A stretch of DNA of 63,992 nucleotides, counting the filler, from an uncultured bacterium (lineage in GTDB: Bacteria > Auribacterota > CAZIXI01), in assembly GCA_964543115.1 (NCBI GenBank). It is 3 parts of 3 records of this genome, joined end to end, with 100 filler letters (N's around TTAATTAATTAA, not from the genome) between each part and the next. Parts side by side here need not be neighbours in the genome. Positions count along the whole stretch, not along the records: positions 23,920 to 47,605 come from CAZIXI010000018.1; 2 more parts are not named here. One strand, given 5' to 3'. Shown piece after piece: positions 29,118-39,423 of the stretch. The position numbers and the translations under genes are program-made. Numbering within the stretch: position 1 is the stretch's first letter; each line of letters opens with the position of its first letter. The notes below the pieces were generated by a model. The model did no database searches. It worked only from the letters and a program-made list of their open reading frames with translations, and was not told the DNA's origin.

Positions 29118-29166
29118 GTCCCAAGCTTCGCTTGGGACTACTATTATAGGAATGGATATAGTTTGT
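29118..29166 (+). repeat. 49-bp hairpin-plus-tail module
   Basis: GTCCCAAGCTTCGCTTGGGAC-TACTATTATAGGAATGGATATAGTTTGT; TTTGT occurs at both ends. Confidence 0.85.
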
Positions 29167-29249
29167 AGTACTGCTAGAACGTATCAGTTTATACGATAGA
29201 TTGAGTTTGATACCTAACATTTTACTTTTTATTGAGGCTTTGATCCGCT

Positions 29250-30875
29250 GTGTTATTAAATTTCATTCGCCGTCATACTAAGGTTATTTTTACTATCATC
29301 CTCTGCCTGATAATTGTGCCTTTTCTCTTCTGGGGTGTGGGTTCGATTGTGCGGGAAGATGAAGAAGGAAAAGAAGGATCCGGCATTAATATCGGCAGCC
29401 ACAAAATCTCCCGTAACACCTTCCGCCGCGCCCTCCGGGACAGTCAAATCCAGTTTATCATTAATTTTGTGGAAACCAACAAAATAGCCAGCGCCGATCA
29501 ATTAGCCGCTTACGGCCAATGGCTCAACCAACTGATGAACCAGGTAAACATGCAGCAGCTGGCCTTACAGCTGATAGTAATGCAGAAAGAAACACGTAAT
29601 TATGGTTTTCAAACCACCCGGAAAGAGATCAAGGCCTGGCTGGAAAATTTTCCCCTTTTCCAGATTGAAGGCCAGTTTGATTTTACCACCTATGAAACTT
29701 TGGTTAAAAACCTCTTCAGTACCTGGCCGGTACAATTTGAGGCAACCCTTACCCGTCTATTAAACATAAAAAAACTGGAAAAACTTATTGCCGCTACCGT
29801 TCTGGTTAGCGATGATGAAGCACTCCAGGCATACAAAGAGAGAAACGAAAAAGCGGTAGTCTACTATCTGCGCATAGAAAGCAACGACTACCTCACTCAG
29901 GTAGGAGAAATATCTCCGGAAGAACTTCAGGCCTACTACAATAAACATAAAGAAGAATTCCGGGAACCGGAAAAAATAAAGATAACCTATCTTGTCTTTG
30001 ACCCGGCAGCCAAAAAGGACGAGATTGAAATCGGGCCGAAAGAAATTGAGGAATACTATTCCGCTAATCAGGAAGACTTTAAAGATAAAGAAGGCAACAC
30101 AAAAAAGCTGGCTGACGTAAAAGAAGAGATTATCAATACTTTGAAGGAACAGCAAACCGAGGAACTGGTTTACGACGAAGCGCTGACCGCTTCAATTGCC
30201 TTAACGGAGAGACGCCGCGGTGATATGATTAAATTATCCGGACAAAATAACTGGCCGTTAAAAGAATCTAAACCGCTGGCTCAAACCGAATTCATCCCGG
30301 AACTGGGCTGGGCCCCGCAATTAATGGACAGGGTCTGGAAAATGGACGAGGACACAATCAGTGAACCTTTCCGCGTGGGTAACAAATGGGTCATTGCCTC
30401 CCCGCAGGAAAAGATTGCCAGTCAGATCCCGGAACTTACCCGGGTCGAGGACAAGGTCAGGCACAAACTGAAAACAGAAAAAGCAGACGAACTGGCAGAA
30501 CAGCAGACAGAAGAACTTGCAGCAAAAATAAAAGAACGGATGAAAAACAATACTCCTTTTACCATTGCCGCCAAATCGCTGGGGCTGAAAGTCAGTAAGA
30601 CAAAACCATTCACGATTAATGGTCCCGTGCCTAAATTGGGGGCGGCAGAAGAATTTGCCCAAATTGCCTTTAAGACGAAACCAGGCACCCTGGCTGGGCC
30701 GGTGAAAATTTCCGGCGGCTATGCCCTCATCAGCCTGCGCCGGACACACCGGATTGACCCTGAGGAATGGAAAAAGGAAAAGAAACAGTTTAGCGAAACC
30801 TACCTAACTCAAAAGAAACGCCGTTTTCTCAATCAGTGGCAAACCCAACTACTGCAACAATCCGCGGGGAAATAA
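29250..30875 (+). CDS. PpiD/SurA-like membrane-anchored periplasmic chaperone
   Basis: N-terminal TM (IILCLIIVPFLFWG), F..DGQF-like SurA_N segment (FQIEGQFDFTTY), YREPE-type motif (FREPEKIKITY), rotamase-like repeats. Confidence 0.8.
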   Translation: MLLNFIRRHTKVIFTIILCLIIVPFLFWGVGSIVREDEEGKEGSGINIGSHKISRNTFRRALRDSQIQFIINFVETNKIASADQLAAYGQWLNQLMNQVNMQQLALQLIVMQKETRNYGFQTTRKEIKAWLENFPLFQIEGQFDFTTYETLVKNLFSTWPVQFEATLTRLLNIKKLEKLIAATVLVSDDEALQAYKERNEKAVVYYLRIESNDYLTQVGEISPEELQAYYNKHKEEFREPEKIKITYLVFDPAAKKDEIEIGPKEIEEYYSANQEDFKDKEGNTKKLADVKEEIINTLKEQQTEELVYDEALTASIALTERRRGDMIKLSGQNNWPLKESKPLAQTEFIPELGWAPQLMDRVWKMDEDTISEPFRVGNKWVIASPQEKIASQIPELTRVEDKVRHKLKTEKADELAEQQTEELAAKIKERMKNNTPFTIAAKSLGLKVSKTKPFTINGPVPKLGAAEEFAQIAFKTKPGTLAGPVKISGGYALISLRRTHRIDPEEWKKEKKQFSETYLTQKKRRFLNQWQTQLLQQSAGK

Positions 30876-30914
30876 GCAGCCCCTCTCTCCGGGAAACATC
30901 TCTATGTAACGCCT

Positions 30915-31367
30915 CTACTTATTTAACAATCCTTTAACTTCCTGCATAAACTGGCCAATATCCTTAAACTGGCGGTAAACAGAGGCAAAACGCACATAGG
31001 CCACTTCATCAATCTTCTGCAGCTTCTTCATGACCATCTCACCAAGACGTTTACTGGTCACCTCTTTGCGGCGCTGGGACCCGATTCTCTTTTCAATATC
31101 CAGAATCAGCTTTTCCATCTGTTCATTGGTAACCGGCCGCTTCTCACAGGCCCGCTGGATCCCGGCAAACAATTTCTGGCGGTCGTAATCTTCCTTGCGG
31201 TTATCTTTTTTAATAATTTTAATTGCTATCTCTTCGATCCGCTCATAGGTAGTAAAACGGCGGCGGCAGCGCGTACACTGACGGCGGCGGCGGATCACCG
31301 CCCCTTCCGTTAATGAACGGCTGTCAACTACCATATCTTCTAAATGGCTGCAATAGGGACATTTCAT
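30915..31367 (-). CDS. nrdR: Transcriptional repressor NrdR
   Basis: MKCPYC...VVDSR...RRRRQC..C.RRFTTYE zinc ribbon plus ATP cone, AYVRFASVY. Confidence 0.97.
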   Translation of the reverse strand: MKCPYCSHLEDMVVDSRSLTEGAVIRRRRQCTRCRRRFTTYERIEEIAIKIIKKDNRKEDYDRQKLFAGIQRACEKRPVTNEQMEKLILDIEKRIGSQRRKEVTSKRLGEMVMKKLQKIDEVAYVRFASVYRQFKDIGQFMQEVKGLLNK

Positions 31368-31400
31368 AAACCAACCTCACAATTTCGGATTTCGGATTTT

Positions 31401-32639
31401 TTATTTATATGGTAACGGGAACTTATGGCAAAGTTTGGTCACTTCTTTGCGTACTTTCTCAATCACCTTTTCATCACTCAGATTGGAAACCACTTCCACG
31501 ATCAACTCGGCGATTTTGGTCATTTCCGCTTCCTTCATTCCCCGGGTAGTCACTGCCGGTGTTCCCACACGAATTCCGCTGGTCACAAAGGCACTGGCCG
31601 AATCAAAAGGGATAAGATTTTTATTTACTGTTATCCCGGCCCGATGCATGGTATTGGCAGTCTCTTTACCGGTAACACCCTTATCTCGCAGATCAACCAG
31701 CAGCAAATGATTGTCCGTTCCCCCGGAAACAATCCGTAACCCTAAGCGGGCGATTTCTGCCGCCAGGCATTTGGCATTCTTTAATATTTGTGCCTGATAT
31801 TCATTAAATTCCGGCTTCAGGGCCTCACCCAGGGCCACGGCCTTAGCGGCAATGGCCTGCATTAACGGCCCGCCCTGAGTACCGGGAAAAACAGCTATGT
31901 CCAGATCCTTGGCAAATTGGGCCTTACACATGATTAACCCTCCGCGCGGGCCGCGCAGGGTCTTATGTGTTGTGGTAGTAACAAACTCCGCAAAAGGAAC
32001 CGGACTGGGATGCAGCCCGGCAGCTACCAGACCGGCTATATGGGCAATATCCGCTAACTGCACCGCTCCAACCGATTGGGCGATTTCCTGAATCCTGGCA
32101 AAATCTATCGTCCGCGGATAGGCACTGGCCCCGCTGATAATCAGCTTGGGTTTATGTTTCTTCGCCAGTTCCGCCAGCTCGTCATAATCAATCGCTTCAG
32201 TACTTTTACTTACACCATAAGAAACAATATTATAGAAACGGCCGGTAAAATTAAGTTTATGTCCGTGCGAAAGGTGTCCGCCATGGGCGAGATCCATGGA
32301 AAGGATCGTTTCCCCGGGCTTAATTGCCGCCATACACACACTCATATTGGCCTGACTGCCGGAATGAGACTGGACATTAACATGCTCCGCAGCGAAGATT
32401 TTCTTTGCCCGTTCCATAGCCATAGCTTCCAGCGCATCATAGTATTCACAACCGTTATACCATCTTTTTCCCGGATACCCTTCAGCATACTTATTTGTCA
32501 GCACCGATCCCTGGGCCTCCATTACACTAAGACTGGTAAAATTCTCGGAAGCGATCAGTTCCAGGGAATTCTGCTGCCTCTCCACTTCCTTGTGTATTAA
32601 TTCAAATACTTCCGGATCAGTCTTTTTCAAAACACTCAT
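31401..32639 (-). CDS. glyA: Serine hydroxymethyltransferase
   Basis: [31 protein letters not shown]. Confidence 0.98.
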   Translation of the reverse strand: MSVLKKTDPEVFELIHKEVERQQNSLELIASENFTSLSVMEAQGSVLTNKYAEGYPGKRWYNGCEYYDALEAMAMERAKKIFAAEHVNVQSHSGSQANMSVCMAAIKPGETILSMDLAHGGHLSHGHKLNFTGRFYNIVSYGVSKSTEAIDYDELAELAKKHKPKLIISGASAYPRTIDFARIQEIAQSVGAVQLADIAHIAGLVAAGLHPSPVPFAEFVTTTTHKTLRGPRGGLIMCKAQFAKDLDIAVFPGTQGGPLMQAIAAKAVALGEALKPEFNEYQAQILKNAKCLAAEIARLGLRIVSGGTDNHLLLVDLRDKGVTGKETANTMHRAGITVNKNLIPFDSASAFVTSGIRVGTPAVTTRGMKEAEMTKIAELIVEVVSNLSDEKVIEKVRKEVTKLCHKFPLPYK

Positions 32640-32658
32640 CTCTCTCCTCCTCCATAAA

Positions 32659-32687
32659 CCATGAAGGAGGTTGGACCTCCTTCATGG
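32659..32687. other. Perfect 13-bp inverted repeat between rpiB and glyA
   Basis: CCATGAAGGAGGT-TGG-ACCTCCTTCATGG. Confidence 0.7.
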
Positions 32688-32711
32688 AATGCTTCATAGA
32701 ATATATAGATT

Positions 32712-33155
32712 TTAGACTTTATTCTCGTAATTCTTGATCTTATCCAGGCGCTGCTGGTGGCGGCCGCCTTCAAATTCGGTCTCCAACCATTGTTCCAGGA
32801 TTTCTTCCAGAGAAAGAATATCAGTAAATTCTCCCGATAACACCAGTACATTGGCATTATTATGCTGACGGCTTTTCCGGGCCATAACCGCATCCAGACA
32901 GAGAGCGGCACGTATACCTTTCACTTTGTTAGCCACAATACTCATCCCAATACCGCTTTTACAAATAATTATCCCCCGGTCACATTTCCCCTGGCTAACC
33001 GCTTCCGCCGCCTGAAAACCATAATCAGGATAATCACAGCGCTCGTCAGAATGACAACCGAAATCCTGATATTGATAATCTTTCTTTGCCAAATATTCTA
33101 ATACTGCCTTTTTAAAGGAAAACCCGCCATGGTCACTGGCCAGAGCAATTTTCAT
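32712..33155 (-). CDS. rpiB: Ribose-5-phosphate isomerase B
   Basis: ASDHGG, DYPD, ICKSGIG, HNNANVL, FEGGRH. Confidence 0.95.
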   Translation of the reverse strand: MKIALASDHGGFSFKKAVLEYLAKKDYQYQDFGCHSDERCDYPDYGFQAAEAVSQGKCDRGIIICKSGIGMSIVANKVKGIRAALCLDAVMARKSRQHNNANVLVLSGEFTDILSLEEILEQWLETEFEGGRHQQRLDKIKNYENKV

Positions 33156-34462
33156 TTTAATACCTCCGCTAACCGGTCAAGCTGCTGCTTAGTTTTTGTT
33201 TCTGTTACACACCAGAGAGAACATCCTGCCAATTCCGGATAAAAACGCTCCAGGCGCAACCCGGGAATAATCCCTTCCGCAATAAGTTTTTCCTGCTGAA
33301 AAGGAATTTTAATGGTGAATTCATTAAAAAATGGCTGGGAAAAGACAAGTTCTGCCCCCATTTTATCCCGGGCATAATGACTGAGATAGGCATTAAGCCT
33401 GGCCACATCCTGAATCCCCTGCTTTCCCAGAGTACACAAATAGATACAGGCCGCCAGGGCATTTAAAGCCTGGTTGGTACAAATATTCGAAGTGGCCTTT
33501 TCCCGGCGGATATGCTGTTCTCTTGTCTGCAAGGTCAGCACATAACCATTACGGCCGTTTTTATCTTTGGTCCGGCCCACTAAACGCCCGGGAATCCTGC
33601 GTAACAAATTCTTGCTACAGGCCAGGTACCCCAGGTAGGGACCGCCAAAAGATAAGGGATTACCCAGTGACTGCCCTTCACCTACCACCAGATCGAATCC
33701 CAGGCTGCCGGGATCCTTTAAGATCCCTAGACTAAGCGGATAAGCGGAAAGAATACTCAGGGCTCCTGTTTTTTTGGTTAAGGAAACTATCTCCGCTAAA
33801 GGTTCAAGACAACCAAAAAAATTAGGCGACTGAACAATCACCGCTAAGGTCTGCTTATCTAGCTTATCTTTTAAATAATCAAGATCCATCACTCCCTGCT
33901 GATAAGGCACCTCGATTATCTCTACCGGAACACCAACTAAATAAGTTTTCACTACCTGCCGATATTCCGGGTGAACACCGGCAGAAATAAAAATTTTCCC
34001 GTTAGCAATATTTTTATTGCGATAGGCAACGAGCGCAGCCTCGGCCAGGGCGCTACCGCCTTCATAAAGCGAGGCATTGGCAATATCCATACCGGTAAGC
34101 TGACATATTAATGTCTGATACTCATAAATTGTCGCCAACGTACCCTGACTGGCTTCTGCCTGATAAGGAGTGTAGGCAGTGACAAACTCCGCCCGGCCGG
34201 CCAAATCCGTTACCAGACTGGGAATAAAATGCTCATAACTGCCCGCTCCAAGATAGTTATCTTTGTCCCTAACGGTAACATTTTGTTTTCCTAATTTTTC
34301 CAATTCCCGAAGTAGCTCCTGTTCTGACAGGCCCGGGGGCAAATTCAATCTTGACGGAGCGATTTCCCGGGGAATGTCCTGAAACAAATCGGCCAGGCTT
34401 TTTGCGCCAACGGCCCGTAACATATCTTCCGTATTCTCTTTTGTCTCTGGAATAAAATCCAT
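33152..34462 (-). CDS. gcvPA: Glycine dehydrogenase (decarboxylating) subunit 1
   Basis: YLGAGSYEH, TAYTPYQAEASQG, NASLYEG, QTREQHIRREKATSNICTNQ. Confidence 0.95.
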   Translation of the reverse strand: MDFIPETKENTEDMLRAVGAKSLADLFQDIPREIAPSRLNLPPGLSEQELLRELEKLGKQNVTVRDKDNYLGAGSYEHFIPSLVTDLAGRAEFVTAYTPYQAEASQGTLATIYEYQTLICQLTGMDIANASLYEGGSALAEAALVAYRNKNIANGKIFISAGVHPEYRQVVKTYLVGVPVEIIEVPYQQGVMDLDYLKDKLDKQTLAVIVQSPNFFGCLEPLAEIVSLTKKTGALSILSAYPLSLGILKDPGSLGFDLVVGEGQSLGNPLSFGGPYLGYLACSKNLLRRIPGRLVGRTKDKNGRNGYVLTLQTREQHIRREKATSNICTNQALNALAACIYLCTLGKQGIQDVARLNAYLSHYARDKMGAELVFSQPFFNEFTIKIPFQQEKLIAEGIIPGLRLERFYPELAGCSLWCVTETKTKQQLDRLAEVLK

Positions 34463-34464
34463 GG

Positions 34465-34845
34465 CTATTTTACCATTAACTGCTGATATTCATCGGCGCT
34501 GAGCAAATTATTTAATTCTTCGGCGTTACTCATTTCCACCTCAAACAACCAACCATCACCGTATGGATCATGATTAAGCAGCTCCGGAGCATCGGCTACC
34601 TTATCATTTATCCGGATAACCTTGCCGGATACCGGCGCATAAACATCAGAGGCGGTTTTTACCGATTCCACAACCGCGCACTGTCCTCCGGCAGCAAGTT
34701 CCGCTCCCTTGCTCGGCAACTCCACAAAAACAATATCGGTTAGTTCATGCTGGGCAAAATCACTGATCCCCACCCGGGCAACATTCTTGTGCTGCTTAAC
34801 CCATTCATGTGTTTTTGCGAAATGCAAATTTTCCGGCACGTTCAT
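34465..34845 (-). CDS. gcvH: Glycine cleavage system H protein
   Basis: THEW, GISDFAQ, VESVK (lipoyl Lys), PYGDGW. Confidence 0.97.
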   Translation of the reverse strand: MNVPENLHFAKTHEWVKQHKNVARVGISDFAQHELTDIVFVELPSKGAELAAGGQCAVVESVKTASDVYAPVSGKVIRINDKVADAPELLNHDPYGDGWLFEVEMSNAEELNNLLSADEYQQLMVK

Positions 34846-34861
34846 CTCTCCCTCCTAATTC

Positions 34862-34931
34862 GGGAGGGCACAGTCTATATCCATTCCGATAATAGCAGTC
34901 CCAGCTTTGCTGGGACAAGGCCCTCCCCTAC
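34862..34931 (-). repeat. GTAG-type REP (GTAG-GGGAGGGC...GCCCTCCC) carrying the 47-bp module (34870-34916) in its loop
   Basis: Near-identical to 44605-44674; its GTAG includes the gcvT TAG stop. Confidence 0.85.
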
Positions 34932-36028
34932 ATTTTCTTTTTTTTCACCTTACCGCTACTATTTCTGACAACCTTTGCCGCCGACTCTCTTCCCCGAATA
35001 TCAATAGTGACAATCGTTTCGGGAACGGCATATTGTGCCTCCAGATAAGCCAGGGCAATCCCTTTCTGCCGCGTAGGAGAAAAGGTGCCGCTGGTCACTT
35101 TACCGATTACATCTTTGCCCTTGGTTATCCGGCAACCGGACCGCGGTATTGTTCGGCCAATAGCCTCCAAAAAAACCAATTTCCGTTTTACTCCTGCCTG
35201 CTGCTGGGCGAGAAGGGCATCACGACCGATAAAATCCGGCTTTGTAAAATCCACTGCCCATTCGATACCCGCCTCTAAAGGGGTTGTCTCTTCATTAATA
35301 TCACTCCCATAAAGAAGATAGCCCTTCTCTAAACGTAAGGTATCCCGGGCGCCAAACCCTATCGCCCGCATACCAAAATCCTGACCAAACTCGTTCAAGC
35401 GCTGCCAGAGCCAGGCGGCATCTTCATTCTGGACAGCTATTTCAAAACCGTCTTCACCGGTATAGCCGGTACGGGCAACCAGCACTTTCCGGTCAGCAAT
35501 ATCGACTTCCACCACTTGAAAACGAGCCAGGAAATCCAACTTCCGCCGGAGAAATCCTTCCATAACCATCACCGACTTGGGACCCTGCACGGCAACCATC
35601 GCCAGGGAATCTGAAAGATCACTAAGCTTGACATCATAAGAGGCACTTTGTTTTTGCACCCATTGAAAATCCTTCTCCCGGTTAACGGCATTAACAATCA
35701 GAATAAAATGATCCCTATTCAATTGATAAAGAATAAGGTCATCAATAATTCCGCCCGTCTCCCGACAGATAGGCGTATACAAAGCCCCGCCGGGTTTAAT
35801 CTTATCAAGATTATTACAAATCAGCTTCTGAATAAATGAATAGGAATCTTTCCCCTTGATTTCGAATTCACCCATATGACAGACATCAAACAAGCCTACT
35901 TTATTTCTTACCGCCTGATGCTCGGCCACAATGCTTTCATATTGGAGCGGCAGCAGCCAGCCATAAAAATCTATCATTTGCGCCCCTAATTCCACATGTT
36001 TTTCGTAAAGAGGAGTTTTCTTTTGCAT
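34928..36028 (-). CDS. gcvT: Glycine cleavage system aminomethyltransferase T
   Basis: KTPLY, GLFDVCHMG, RTGYTGEDGFE, GARDTLRLE. Confidence 0.97.
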   Translation of the reverse strand: MQKKTPLYEKHVELGAQMIDFYGWLLPLQYESIVAEHQAVRNKVGLFDVCHMGEFEIKGKDSYSFIQKLICNNLDKIKPGGALYTPICRETGGIIDDLILYQLNRDHFILIVNAVNREKDFQWVQKQSASYDVKLSDLSDSLAMVAVQGPKSVMVMEGFLRRKLDFLARFQVVEVDIADRKVLVARTGYTGEDGFEIAVQNEDAAWLWQRLNEFGQDFGMRAIGFGARDTLRLEKGYLLYGSDINEETTPLEAGIEWAVDFTKPDFIGRDALLAQQQAGVKRKLVFLEAIGRTIPRSGCRITKGKDVIGKVTSGTFSPTRQKGIALAYLEAQYAVPETIVTIDIRGRESAAKVVRNSSGKVKKKKM

Positions 36029-36059
36029 AATATTCTACTTGTATGATCAATGAGTTTTG

Positions 36060-37373
36060 CTAACTCACTAATTTGCATTTTTCTATATCTTCGAGCTTCC
36101 GCATGATCAAACCGGTATTGAGTTTGGGATAAAAATCAGTCGATTTATGCGGCATAACTTCGCCCAGATTAACTATCTCTTTAACCTCAGTAATCTTTGT
36201 CGGATTGAGGATAAAGGCCAGAGCATTATTGTTTTTCTTGACCCAGTCTATGGCCTCATCAGGATCCCGCAGATACATGAGATTGGCCTCATCCTTGGCA
36301 TTATGGGTATCAATCCCTAGGATATTCTTTAAGATGAGTAGATGTAAAATATTCACATCCAGATAAAGCCAGGCCTGCGGCCGGCTCAACCCGAGTATCT
36401 TCTCCAAAGATTCATTTGGTTTGAGCCTCAACGTATAGAATTCCTCTCCCCCCAGATAAACTCCAAAAGCATGTTCAGCAGAAAACTTGCTGATACCGGA
36501 GAGCCAATCAGGCAGCATTTCCTCTGCCGGAATCGTATCCCGGGAAACAAAGAAATACTTACCCAACTCACTTAAAAACTGCTCTCGATCTAAACGCGGC
36601 AATGCCTTAACTACCCGATGCGTGGGTAAAATCCGCACACCGCGGCCAAGCACATTTACTAAGGTAACCATTCGGTAATTGAATCCTTCCTGCCCGGTAA
36701 ATTGCGCCCCCTTCTGTGCCTCCTGTTTCTGCTTGTAATCCAGGGCGGCACCGTAGCGGTGATGGCCGTCGGCAATAAACAAGGGTTTATCTTTAAAGAT
36801 ATTTTGTAATTCACTTATCAGTTCCGGCTGATCAATAGTCCAGATGCGATGCACCACCCCTTTTTTATCCTTATAACCTAGCCGGGGAGATGTGCCCAAA
36901 ACGGACTCCAGCGCACTGTCCACCTTGCTTTCCTGGTCACTATAAAGCATAAATATATGACCAAAATTTGCCTGACAAACATCCAGCAGTTCTTCCCTTT
37001 CTGCCCGTATCCTGGAAAAAGTTTTTTCATGGGGCATTACCGTCTCTTTACTGAAAGGTTGAACTTCCAATAAGGACACCAGCCCTGTTCTGACATTTAT
37101 TGTCCCGGAAGGATATTCATACTCTTGTTGATAAATATAAAAAACAGCCCTTTCATCTTGCTGCAATATCCCCTGCCCCAACCACTCCTGCCACAAACGG
37201 GCAGCTTCCTGATAATCCTTGGGCAGAATAAGATTAACCACACTAAAGGGACTGCGCGAACGGTACTCTTCTTTTAACTGCGGGGTAATCTTATCATAGG
37301 GCAAGGTCACTACCTGTGCCGGATCAAGTTTATCATTATTGTAAAGAACACCGCGAAAAGGTAATACATTCAT
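36060..37373 (-). CDS. DUF1015 family protein
   Basis: PYDKI, PHEKT, FIADGHHRY, KSTDFYPK. Confidence 0.9.
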   Translation of the reverse strand: MNVLPFRGVLYNNDKLDPAQVVTLPYDKITPQLKEEYRSRSPFSVVNLILPKDYQEAARLWQEWLGQGILQQDERAVFYIYQQEYEYPSGTINVRTGLVSLLEVQPFSKETVMPHEKTFSRIRAEREELLDVCQANFGHIFMLYSDQESKVDSALESVLGTSPRLGYKDKKGVVHRIWTIDQPELISELQNIFKDKPLFIADGHHRYGAALDYKQKQEAQKGAQFTGQEGFNYRMVTLVNVLGRGVRILPTHRVVKALPRLDREQFLSELGKYFFVSRDTIPAEEMLPDWLSGISKFSAEHAFGVYLGGEEFYTLRLKPNESLEKILGLSRPQAWLYLDVNILHLLILKNILGIDTHNAKDEANLMYLRDPDEAIDWVKKNNNALAFILNPTKITEVKEIVNLGEVMPHKSTDFYPKLNTGLIMRKLEDIEKCKLVS

Positions 37374-37489
37374 AGTCTAACTCCCTCCCTCCTTCTGTCC
37401 CACGCACGGGAACTTTTCCGCTGCGGGAAATTCCGAGTATAGCATAAATTCCTCTTTAACCATAGACAAAAACTGAAAAACCGGTTGCA

Positions 37490-37538
37490 GTCCCAAGCTT
37501 CGCTTGGGACTGCTATTATTGGAATGTATATAGACTGT
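37490..37538 (+). repeat. 49-bp hairpin-plus-tail module
   Basis: GTCCCAAGCTTCGCTTGGGAC-TGCTATTATTGGAATGTATATAGACTGT, downstream of xerD. Confidence 0.85.
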
Positions 37539-37550
37539 CCCCGGCCGCTT

Positions 37551-38438
37551 TCAGGCCCGGGGATGAAATTTCCGGTGGATGGATTTCAGGCGATTTTTGT
37601 CAACATGGGTATAGGTCTGTGTGGTTGTGATATCTGCATGGCCTAGCAACTCCTGCACAATGCGTAGATCCGCACCATTAGCCAGAAGATGGGTGGCAAA
37701 GGAATGCCGTAGGGTATGCGGGGTAATTTCTTTTTTTATCCCGGCCTGCCGGGCATAATGCTTGATCAACTTCCAAACCCATTGCCGGGTAAAAGCTTTC
37801 CCCCGCTGATTCAGAAAAAGGTTGGGTACTAATAAATCTTTCATCAGCCGCGGCCGTCCCTTTTTCAAGTAGTGCTGCAGGGATTTAATGCTCAGCTTAC
37901 CTAAAGGCACTATTCGTTCTTTCTTTCCCTTACCTATACAGCGGAGAAAACCCACTTCCAGATTAAGATCACTTACCCGTAAATTAACTACCTCTGAAAC
38001 ACGTAACCCGCTGGCATACATCAGTTCCAGCATAGCCTTATCGCGCAGGCTGCGTGCCGAATCAGTCTTTGTACTCTGAAGTAACTTCGTCACCTCCTGG
38101 ACCGAAAGCACATTCGGCAATATCCGCCAGAGGCGGGGAGAATCCAATACCGCCGTAATATCTTCTTCCAAATAACCGTTCACAACCAGATAGCGGAACC
38201 ACATCCGGATACTAACGAGATTACGGGACAATGAACTGGGACTTAATCCCTTATCTTTTTCCGCCAACAGGTAAGCAGTAATCTCTTTACGGGAAATATT
38301 ATCTACGCCCTTTAACTTGCGCCTGCCTAAGAATGACGTAAACTTGGTCAGGTCCCGACCGTAAGATTCCCTGGTATTACCACTAAGACCTTTTTCAATA
38401 CTAAGATAATCCAAGAATTCATCTACTAAAACTTTCAT
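37551..38438 (-). CDS. xerD: Site-specific tyrosine recombinase XerD
   Basis: ELMYASGLRVSE, GKGKKERIVP, TPHTLRHSFATHLL, LLGHADITTTQTY. Confidence 0.9.
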   Translation of the reverse strand: MKVLVDEFLDYLSIEKGLSGNTRESYGRDLTKFTSFLGRRKLKGVDNISRKEITAYLLAEKDKGLSPSSLSRNLVSIRMWFRYLVVNGYLEEDITAVLDSPRLWRILPNVLSVQEVTKLLQSTKTDSARSLRDKAMLELMYASGLRVSEVVNLRVSDLNLEVGFLRCIGKGKKERIVPLGKLSIKSLQHYLKKGRPRLMKDLLVPNLFLNQRGKAFTRQWVWKLIKHYARQAGIKKEITPHTLRHSFATHLLANGADLRIVQELLGHADITTTQTYTHVDKNRLKSIHRKFHPRA

Positions 38439-38482
38439 ATCTCCTCATGCGTATCGCGCGTGAAACGTGCGTATTGCGTTTT

Positions 38483-39058
38483 CTATAAAGATTTTTCCCG
38501 GCCAATTGTAGTACTAGGGCCATGCCCCGGATAAACTTCGGTAGCCGGCGGCAAAGTAAACAACCTATCCGCCAGTGATGCCTGCAGTTGGGGCCAGGAA
38601 CCACCAGGCAGATCCGTTCGGCCTACTCCATCTTTAAACAGGGTATCACCGCTAAACAATTTCATCCCGGTATGCAGACAGACACTTCCGGGACTATGTC
38701 CGGGAGTATGGATTACAAGTAGTTTATCCCTCCCCAAGGGAAGGAATTCACCGGGAACAAGATGCTCGTCGGCAGCAGGAATTCCCATGGGGGCCAGCAT
38801 GAATGTATCCGCCGAATGGATCATCAGCCTAAGCCTAAGCTGGTTACGGAGATCTCTTACCGCGCCACCGTGATCCAAATGCCCGTGAGTCAGGATAATC
38901 CCTTTAGGAATAAATTCATTTCGCCGCAGATAATTAATAATTCCCGCGGCATTGTCCCCAGGATCAATAATATAGGTAAATCCGGTATTTTCACAACTAA
39001 CCACGTAACAGTTTGTGGCCAACGAGCCAACAACAAATTTGCGAACAATTAACGCCAT
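38483..39058 (-). CDS. MBL-fold metallo-hydrolase (glyoxalase II-like)
   Basis: THGHLDH, HTPGHSPG, SGDTLF, PGHG. Confidence 0.92.
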   Translation of the reverse strand: MALIVRKFVVGSLATNCYVVSCENTGFTYIIDPGDNAAGIINYLRRNEFIPKGIILTHGHLDHGGAVRDLRNQLRLRLMIHSADTFMLAPMGIPAADEHLVPGEFLPLGRDKLLVIHTPGHSPGSVCLHTGMKLFSGDTLFKDGVGRTDLPGGSWPQLQASLADRLFTLPPATEVYPGHGPSTTIGREKSL

Positions 39059-39399
39059 TTTTTGACCCCCATTGCCAGTAAAGCCCCAACACCCGCGCCG
39101 AAGAAATCAGCAAATAGATCACCGATGCTAAAATATCGTAAGGGCACAAAAAGCTGATGAACTTCATCGGAAACAGCATAGAGGCTGCTAATCAAAACCA
39201 CGACTATTAAACGCCGCCGAAAATCAATTTTCAAACTGCAATACCAAAGAGCAGCAAGAACCGCGTAAACAATAAGATGCGCCAGCTTATCAAATCCCGG
39301 AAAAGGGTATTTGGGGATTGCCGGCCCGGGAAAAGAGGACAGGGTAAAGATAAGTAACATCCAGAGAATAGGCAACAGGTAAGGTCTAATCTTAAACAT
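39049..39399 (-). CDS. VanZ family membrane protein
   Basis: DKLAH...Y, DEVHQ.FVP.R, D..AD..G. Confidence 0.88.
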   Translation of the reverse strand: MFKIRPYLLPILWMLLIFTLSSFPGPAIPKYPFPGFDKLAHLIVYAVLAALWYCSLKIDFRRRLIVVVLISSLYAVSDEVHQLFVPLRYFSIGDLFADFFGAGVGALLAMGVKKWR

Positions 39400-39423
39400 G
39401 TCAATTCTTCGAACACAAAATTA

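Noticed and set aside
36028..37460. Glycine riboswitch upstream of gcvT or DUF1015
   Set aside because: No GGAGA...CCGAAG / CUCUCAGG-type motifs; gcvT follows DUF1015 after 31 bp; only a generic hairpin lies at ~37405-37435.
37551..38438. xerD as a phage or ICE integrase marking a mobile element
   Set aside because: It has the size and motifs of chromosomal XerD, lies among housekeeping genes, and has no att repeats or mobility genes.
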